Assembly (NCBI GenBank): GCA_965218435.1
Contig: CBDCKW010000009.1
Location: 3,872,001-3,936,000 of the forward strand
DNA from: Truepera sp.
GTDB lineage: Bacteria > Deinococcota > Deinococci > Deinococcales > Trueperaceae
Direction: 5' to 3'
Length of the DNA stretch: 64,000 nucleotides
Part shown: one piece after another, positions 58,402-64,000 of the stretch
Position numbering within the stretch: position 1 is the first letter of the stretch
Layout of the letters: every line of letters starts with the position of its first letter
Translations under genes and position numbers: made by a program
The notes under the pieces: generated by a model
Databases searched by the model: none
What the model saw: only the letters and a program-made list of their open reading frames with translations
What the model was told of the DNA's origin: nothing

Positions 58402-60153
58402 TTACCAGCCGACGATCACATCTACCTGGCGCGGATTAGGGTTCTGTAGCAAGGTGCTCTTCTCAAATACGTCGTCGTAAGCGAAACCGTAAGCTTTGCC
58501 GTCAAGGCTGCGGTCGTGCCAGAACTTGGCGTAAAAGTTCGCCGGGGCGTTGCGGTAATAGAGGCTATCGTCGGCCCAGCGGCTGGGGTCTACGTCGATC
58601 ACCACGTGGCGGTTGATAGCGGCGGCGAGCTGCGCCTCGACGACCTTCTCGAGGTCACTCCCGCGAGCAAACGCGCCGCTGGCCTCGAACACTTCGATGC
58701 TGCTCGGTTTGTTGACCACCAGACCCGCTGGCCCCCCATCTCTGGCGAATACGAAATTATCCCCCTGCACGCGGCCTCTAAAGGTACCCGCCTGATTCGT
58801 CAGCACCAGGTCACGGCCCCGGTAGGTGTCCCAAATCTGATTGATGTAGGGGTTAAAGTAGCCCGCTTGTGAACGTCCGGCGGCGAACTCTCCGGCTTTA
58901 GGTGCGACGATGCGGTAGGGCCGCCGGACCAAGGAGCGGAACTCGGCTTGTGGCAAGTTGGCGAAGTCGTTAAAAATCTGTGCGCGGGAGACGTTTTCAC
59001 CCAGAGTGCGGTCAAAACCGTCGTTGGAGACGAGGCGGAGCCGCGTGGGAAAGCCAAACTGGTCAACGCGGGTCGTGTTCCCGAAAAACCCGATGTCGTT
59101 ATAGGTGAATTCGCCGAAATCGAACACCACGTCTTGGTTGGGGTCTGAGGGGTTGTTGATGTCGGGTCCGGCAAACCCGACGCCGCCCGGTACCCCTAAA
59201 ACCTCGAGAAACATCGGCGAACCGACGCTCAAAAAGATGCGGGCACCGTACATCTTAGGCAAGGTAAAGGTGCCGACGTCGCTCACGCGGTTAAAGTAAT
59301 TCGCGTAGTTTTTGCCATTCTTGCTGAGGTGACCCGGCGCGGTGTTGTCTCCCGGCGACGCAGCCACCAAGTTGCCGCTGCGGTTGAGGTACGAGAGCGC
59401 GTTGTTCGCCGGATTATAGCCGAGGATGGCCCAGTACACCTGAGCATCCGGGTAAGCTCCGTTCGTCTGGTTGAGGACCCGAAAATTGATCCGCCCGGCC
59501 GGGGCTGGCGGCAAGATGACGCCACCGCCGTTACCGCCGCCGGTGCCGGTGCCAGTGGCCCACGGATCGTAGATATTCCAGCTGGCGTCTTGGTCGAAGC
59601 TGTTGGGCGTATCACTTTTTAGCGGTCCACCTCTTTGGGCCAACCACACCTCAGCGTTAAAGTGCCGCAGATAACGGCCGGGAAAGTTCTTCGATTCAAA
59701 CGAGATACCCGTACCCGAAAGTCCGTCGCGCCCGCACCAGGTGGCGTCTCGCTTAAATAAATCGCTGTTGTCGTTACGGTCTAAGCGGACCCGCGAAGCC
59801 TGATGTCGTAAAAACGAACCGGGATAGTTGAGCGACTCTAAAGAGTAGCAGCTCGAGTCGGCCAATCCGGGGACGACCTTCCAGGTGGCATCTTGTTTGA
59901 GCAGGTCGGCGCTGCCCGAATTCACAATTTCAGTAAAGCCCAAGCCGCCCGCGTGCCGGAGGAAGCGGTTCGTCAAACCGGGAGTCGTCACCTGAAACGA
60001 CTGATACTGACCCACGCGCGGCGTTACCGCTTGAGGGGTGAGGGTCGGTGCGTCTAAACCGCAGGCGCTCAGGATCAGACCGAGCAGTACCAGCAAAACT
60101 GTTTTGATACCTAAGTTTTTCGCTGTCAGGGTTGTAGCACGTCTTCGGTTCAT
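58402..60153 (-). CDS. Lipoprotein: AbfB/CBM42-like domain + GH64 beta-1,3-glucanase
   Basis: Lipobox LSAC; DATW...PGLAD...SLES.NYPG.FLRH repeats; EFTY...GNTTRVDQFG and YGFAYDD. Confidence 0.87.
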   Translation of the reverse strand: MNRRRATTLTAKNLGIKTVLLVLLGLILSACGLDAPTLTPQAVTPRVGQYQSFQVTTPGLTNRFLRHAGGLGFTEIVNSGSADLLKQDATWKVVPGLADSSCYSLESLNYPGSFLRHQASRVRLDRNDNSDLFKRDATWCGRDGLSGTGISFESKNFPGRYLRHFNAEVWLAQRGGPLKSDTPNSFDQDASWNIYDPWATGTGTGGGNGGGVILPPAPAGRINFRVLNQTNGAYPDAQVYWAILGYNPANNALSYLNRSGNLVAASPGDNTAPGHLSKNGKNYANYFNRVSDVGTFTLPKMYGARIFLSVGSPMFLEVLGVPGGVGFAGPDINNPSDPNQDVVFDFGEFTYNDIGFFGNTTRVDQFGFPTRLRLVSNDGFDRTLGENVSRAQIFNDFANLPQAEFRSLVRRPYRIVAPKAGEFAAGRSQAGYFNPYINQIWDTYRGRDLVLTNQAGTFRGRVQGDNFVFARDGGPAGLVVNKPSSIEVFEASGAFARGSDLEKVVEAQLAAAINRHVVIDVDPSRWADDSLYYRNAPANFYAKFWHDRSLDGKAYGFAYDDVFEKSTLLQNPNPRQVDVIVGW

Positions 60154-60202
60154 AACGTCCTTTCTTTATTGGGGCTTAGGGAATCTTCTACTGATCTAAG
60201 CT

Positions 60203-61663
60203 CTAGTCCGTTACCAGCGGGTCGAGCTGTTTAGCAAACGGATAGCCGTCACGGGCGTCCCAATCGAGCCGCCAGTCAAACACCCCTTTGACCTGCGGGT
60301 AGCGGGCCTCGAGCTTCTTAAAGGTGTCAACGACTGAGTCAATTTTCCAGTAGTTATTGAGTTCGTTGTTGACGCCGAAACCGACTACTACGTTCTGTGG
60401 CCCCATTAAAGCCATCCAGATTTTAATGTTTTCTAACAAGTAAGCGGGGTCTGAAAGGTCGGGGCCGTCGTAGTACTGCGGCGCACAGTAGTCGAGCGCA
60501 CCGGCGTCCAACATAGCTTTACAAAACTGCTGGTCGCGTTTATTCCACGGTGCGGGCGGCGCGGTGATTAAAAAGCCGGGATAACGGCGCTTAAGTTCTT
60601 TGGCAACCCAGATCATTTCAGGCGTATTGGGGTCGGCTTCGGCCTCGAAGGTATTAAAGTCCAGGCCGTCAAAGCCGCCCCACGCGTTGTAAAACTTCAC
60701 GACGCTGTTCACGAAGTTTTGCGACACGTTGCGGTCGGTAAAGCGGACCGCTTGCCCCGCCCCACCTGCTGAAAGGATAAACTTGCGCCCCTGCCGACGG
60801 GAGAGCTGCATATCTGCGGCCCAGTTGGTCCAGGCACCGTTTCCATCGGGGGGCGCGGCAAACTTCAGCGTACCGGCAGGCTCGCCCCCGGCTTGGGTAG
60901 CCGAAAACAGATAGATCAGGTTGTAATTGGGGTCAATGTCTTTAAGGCGTGGGACGCTCCCGGCAAAGGTCGCGTAATAGGCGGCGACGACCTTATTCCC
61001 ATTTCCGCTAGGGGGCGTGGGCGGTTGCGGGGCCTCACAGGTGGTGGGTTGCCAGTACCAAGTGCTGATCGTCGGGTCGGTTTCGTCGGTGCCTCCAGCG
61101 ACGACGTTGACGACCTTGTAGTAGCGTCCGTTAGCCGGATAGAGCGCAACGTCGCCGAGCTGATAGTTCGTCCCGGGCGTCCAGGTCAGGGCGTGACAAG
61201 TATTGGCGCTCGCCGTGCGCGTGACCCGCACCGAGCTCACGAGATCGTTGAAGTTGTTATCTATCAAACAGCTGTCATCCCCGGTTAACGTGAGGCTGCG
61301 GCCCTGATAATTCGCGTCGAGAAAGAGTTCGACTTGGTAGCCGTCGGCGACCCGGACGGAAGAAACGTTGTCGTTGGGCATTCCGAGGGCGATAAGGTCG
61401 TTGTAGTTGTAATTACCTGCGCCCAACTGAACGCTCTCACCTGAGAAATTGCAGTCCAGATAGAGCACAACCGCACCGGTAGCTGCACTGACGAGTTGCG
61501 GCGGCGCGGCAGCGGGCGTGGTGACTACGTTACACGCGCTGAGGAGAAAGAGTAGCCCTGCTGCGAGTAGGGTAACGAGGGCAGGTTTAGAACGGCGCTG
61601 GTTGCGCTGCGTCGCTGGTAAAAACTCTGCGAGGGGTGACGGAAGGTTGGGTCGGTCTTTCAT
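60203..61663 (-). CDS. Lipoprotein: crystallin + CBM5/12-like + GH18-like catalytic domain
   Basis: Lipobox LSAC; crystallin repeat; W..GT.Y..GD...Y; LSAGG, FDGLDFNTFE and PQYYD. Confidence 0.78.
   Translation of the reverse strand: MKDRPNLPSPLAEFLPATQRNQRRSKPALVTLLAAGLLFLLSACNVVTTPAAAPPQLVSAATGAVVLYLDCNFSGESVQLGAGNYNYNDLIALGMPNDNVSSVRVADGYQVELFLDANYQGRSLTLTGDDSCLIDNNFNDLVSSVRVTRTASANTCHALTWTPGTNYQLGDVALYPANGRYYKVVNVVAGGTDETDPTISTWYWQPTTCEAPQPPTPPSGNGNKVVAAYYATFAGSVPRLKDIDPNYNLIYLFSATQAGGEPAGTLKFAAPPDGNGAWTNWAADMQLSRRQGRKFILSAGGAGQAVRFTDRNVSQNFVNSVVKFYNAWGGFDGLDFNTFEAEADPNTPEMIWVAKELKRRYPGFLITAPPAPWNKRDQQFCKAMLDAGALDYCAPQYYDGPDLSDPAYLLENIKIWMALMGPQNVVVGFGVNNELNNYWKIDSVVDTFKKLEARYPQVKGVFDWRLDWDARDGYPFAKQLDPLVTD
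61233..61413. repeat. Copy 2 of the 181-bp crystallin-module DNA repeat
   Basis: See 57930-58110 (offset 3303 bp). Confidence 0.95.
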
Positions 61664-61708
61664 AATAGTTCACCTCGGAGGGTGCTGCTAAAATTACCGG
61701 TTGCTCGG

Positions 61709-61730
61709 CGGCTGAGTACGTACTCAGCCG
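61709..61730. repeat. Perfect 22-bp intergenic palindrome (mRNA hairpin or operator)
   Basis: CGGCTGAGTACGTACTCAGCCG. Confidence 0.7.
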
Positions 61731-61750
61731 TTAATTAGACCCTCGAGGGG

Positions 61751-63538
61751 TTACTTCAGCGCGTTATAGATCGTTTTGCTGAGCGTCGCATTCCGATCTT
61801 CGCCGTCCATTGACCAGGCCATCGAGCCGCCCAAGCCCCGCTGCTTGATGTAGTTCATCTTGATGGTTAAGACTTCAGGATCGTCGTAGCTCCAGAACTC
61901 GTTACCGTCAAACTTCCACATTTGCTTGGTGACACTGCTGCGGTAGACGGACCCGGGTTTGTTAACGAGTACGTTGTAGTTGTCAATCCCCGCTTCGTAC
62001 TCACCTTGAGGGATACCGCTCGCACTCTGGTAAAGGCCGTTGTTGGCGCTCCCGACGCCGCGCCAGCCGCGCCCGTAGTACGGTACGCCGACGACGAGTT
62101 TTTGTGCCGGTGCGCCTGCGCGTAAGTAGGTATTGACGGCGGTGTCTACGCTCCAGGTTTTTTCTTCGGCACCGCCGGGGCTCGCCGGGTCGGTATAGAG
62201 GTTCGAGTGAAAATTGGTCGGGCCAGTGGTCGCCCAACCGCCCCGGAAGTCGTAGGTCATTACGTTCATCAGGTCGAGCGAACGGGCGATGTTGGTGACC
62301 TCGAGCTTCCCGATTTTCGACGTTGCGGCGGGCAGCGCCGCAGTCAGGAGTTTGCCGCTCCCGGTTGCATCAAGTTGACGGCGAAACTCTTCTAACAAAA
62401 GCGTAAAGTTGCGCGTGTCTTCAGCCTGGACGATGTTCCCGGTGTTGCCTTCACTGCCGGGGTACTCCCAATCGATGTCGATGCCGTCAAACACGCCCAG
62501 CGCACTGCCGGGGCCACCCGCGCCGTCAGCTACCGGCAAGTTCCCTTTGATATAGATGTCTACACAGCTGCTGACGAACTTTTTACGGGCCGCGTCGGTT
62601 AAGGCCACGTCGCTGAAGTTTTTGCTCCACGTCCAGCCACCGAGTGAAATAAGGACTCTGAGCCCCGGATACTTGGCTTTAAGTTCTTTAAGCTGATTGA
62701 AGTTACCCTTGAGCTTTTGATCCCACACGTCAGCCACGCCGTCTACACTCTCACTACCGGTAAACGCCTTGCCGTAGTCGGCAAACGAATCGCTGATCCC
62801 CGGCGCGGTCACAGTACAGGTTCCTTCGGGCGTGATGCCGCCGAAGGCGTAGTTAAGGTGCGTCAGCGTCGCGGCTGCGCCGCTCCGGTCCATATCGGCG
62901 AGTCTGAAGTTACGCGTGTAGATGCCCCACTGCACAAAGTAACCGACGCGTTTGTAGCCGCCGGTGTTCGGGGGCGGTGGGGTGACGGTAGCCTTGGCGA
63001 TCTTGAACGACGAGGCTTTGTCGTTAAAGTCGGCGGGTAAAGCCGGAGTATCGGCGGAGAAGGTCTTAGCCGCGCCGCCGTAGTTGATGTCATCAAAAAG
63101 CTGAACCTGATAGCCGCTCTGAACCTTGACCGAACTGATGCGGTCGTTCCACGCGGAGCCGACCCACGAGCTGTCGGCGTCGGCGCAGAACGACGCGCCG
63201 CCGTAGTTGCCGTTTTCAAAAAAGCACGCGGTCCCGCTGGCTGGTGGGGGTGGCGGCGTGGTGCCGCCACTACACCCGTCAGTTACTTTCGTCCACGGTT
63301 GACCGCTTCCTTCAGGGCCGCTATTTGTCGCCGGATTGTTGCCCTGCGTCCACCAGTTCGCCTTATAGGTCACGCCGTTATAGACGACCGTGTCGCCAGC
63401 GGTATAAGCGGTAGTTGCGTTCCAGGCTACGCAGCTGACTGCCTGCGTCCCGACCTCGGCGGCGGGTTCAGGGAGCTTAGAGGTGTTGCAGCTCGCAAGC
63501 AGCAGCGCGAGTCCGGCGATTTTCCACATTCCGTTCAT
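61751..63538 (-). CDS. Lipoprotein GH18 chitinase with CBM5/12 and crystallin domains
   Basis: Lipobox LASC; AW.....Y..GD.V.Y.G..YKA.WWTQG; NDRISSV/NDKASSF; SLGGW, FDGIDIDWEYP and MTYD. Confidence 0.93.
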   Translation of the reverse strand: MNGMWKIAGLALLLASCNTSKLPEPAAEVGTQAVSCVAWNATTAYTAGDTVVYNGVTYKANWWTQGNNPATNSGPEGSGQPWTKVTDGCSGGTTPPPPPASGTACFFENGNYGGASFCADADSSWVGSAWNDRISSVKVQSGYQVQLFDDINYGGAAKTFSADTPALPADFNDKASSFKIAKATVTPPPPNTGGYKRVGYFVQWGIYTRNFRLADMDRSGAAATLTHLNYAFGGITPEGTCTVTAPGISDSFADYGKAFTGSESVDGVADVWDQKLKGNFNQLKELKAKYPGLRVLISLGGWTWSKNFSDVALTDAARKKFVSSCVDIYIKGNLPVADGAGGPGSALGVFDGIDIDWEYPGSEGNTGNIVQAEDTRNFTLLLEEFRRQLDATGSGKLLTAALPAATSKIGKLEVTNIARSLDLMNVMTYDFRGGWATTGPTNFHSNLYTDPASPGGAEEKTWSVDTAVNTYLRAGAPAQKLVVGVPYYGRGWRGVGSANNGLYQSASGIPQGEYEAGIDNYNVLVNKPGSVYRSSVTKQMWKFDGNEFWSYDDPEVLTIKMNYIKQRGLGGSMAWSMDGEDRNATLSKTIYNALK

Positions 63539-63598
63539 CTTTTCTCCTTTGACTGTTGGTTCTACCCTGTAGCGCAAAACTAAAGCTAGCCAACAGCG

Positions 63599-64000
63599 TT
63601 AGTAGGCTACAAACTCAACTCGGCCGAGCGATACGCCGTCGTTATTCGCGCGGATGGTTAGGGTCTGAGTGCCTGCGCCGATACCGGCAAAATCAACGTT
63701 GACAGTCTGTCCCCGGTCAAACGAAAGAGGGATGGTGCGTCCGGCAAACCCAACCGTAATTGAGCGGCTATCCGAGCTACTGTTACTCGTAACCTTAAGC
63801 CGCAGATTGGCTGAGCGCGTGACGTTGACGCTCCAGCTTTTCGTGGCACCGTTGCCGATCCCGCCGACGCTACTACTCACTACGCCGGGAGCGTTGACGC
63901 TGCCGGACGGTGCCCCGGTATTGTTGATAATCTTAAATGACGACACTCGGTCGTTAAAGCCAAAGTCGACGAATGAGCCGTAATCACCGTTAAGGGCGTA
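63599..64000 (-). CDS. 3' part of a crystallin-domain protein with a C-terminal beta-sandwich (5' end outside the window)
   Basis: The frame is open to the window edge: YALNGDYGSFVDFGFNDRVSSFKI... Confidence 0.75.
   Translation of the reverse strand, partial: YALNGDYGSFVDFGFNDRVSSFKIINNTGAPSGSVNAPGVVSSSVGGIGNGATKSWSVNVTRSANLRLKVTSNSSSDSRSITVGFAGRTIPLSFDRGQTVNVDFAGIGAGTQTLTIRANNDGVSLGRVEFVAY

Overview
GC-rich bacterial chromosome segment, most consistent with Deinococcota (Trueperaceae-like). This is inferred from uvsE, trmH, the efp-accB-accC-nusB-folD order, many leaderless -10/ATG gene starts and heavy CTCGAG iteration. The housekeeping backbone (efp, accB, accC, nusB, folD, dxr, rseP, trmH, cfa, uvsE, eda/kdgK, SRP RNA, four tRNAs) is interleaved with accessory blocks. 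(1) 0.9-9.5 kb: a GntR-controlled operon of unknown function (CMD, signal-less TAXI-fold protein, Kelch lipoprotein, MBL hydrolase, cupin) followed by DUF2231, DUF3500 and HupE-UreJ genes. (2) 10-18.7 kb: an envelope redox module (Moco sulfite-oxidase-family membrane protein, thioredoxin, DsbD-N-like protein) with an OmpR-type two-component system; its putative 11-bp-phased GTGA boxes also precede a distant secreted protein. (3) A C5-MTase/REase module directly behind the SRP RNA gene. (4) An Lsa-like ABC-F gene with a uORF attenuator, next to a MITE and a decayed ISAs1. (5) A fused nuclease-methyltransferase plus S-subunit R-M system whose S gene is split by an intact IS5/ISL2 element. (6) 56-64 kb: a co-oriented cluster of four lipoprotein chitinases/beta-1,3-glucanases plus one partial gene, most carrying beta/gamma-crystallin modules, i.e. 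a candidate surface-anchored fungal-cell-wall lysis system. No CRISPR array, rRNA or prophage was seen. All calls come from reading motifs by eye; no database search was run.
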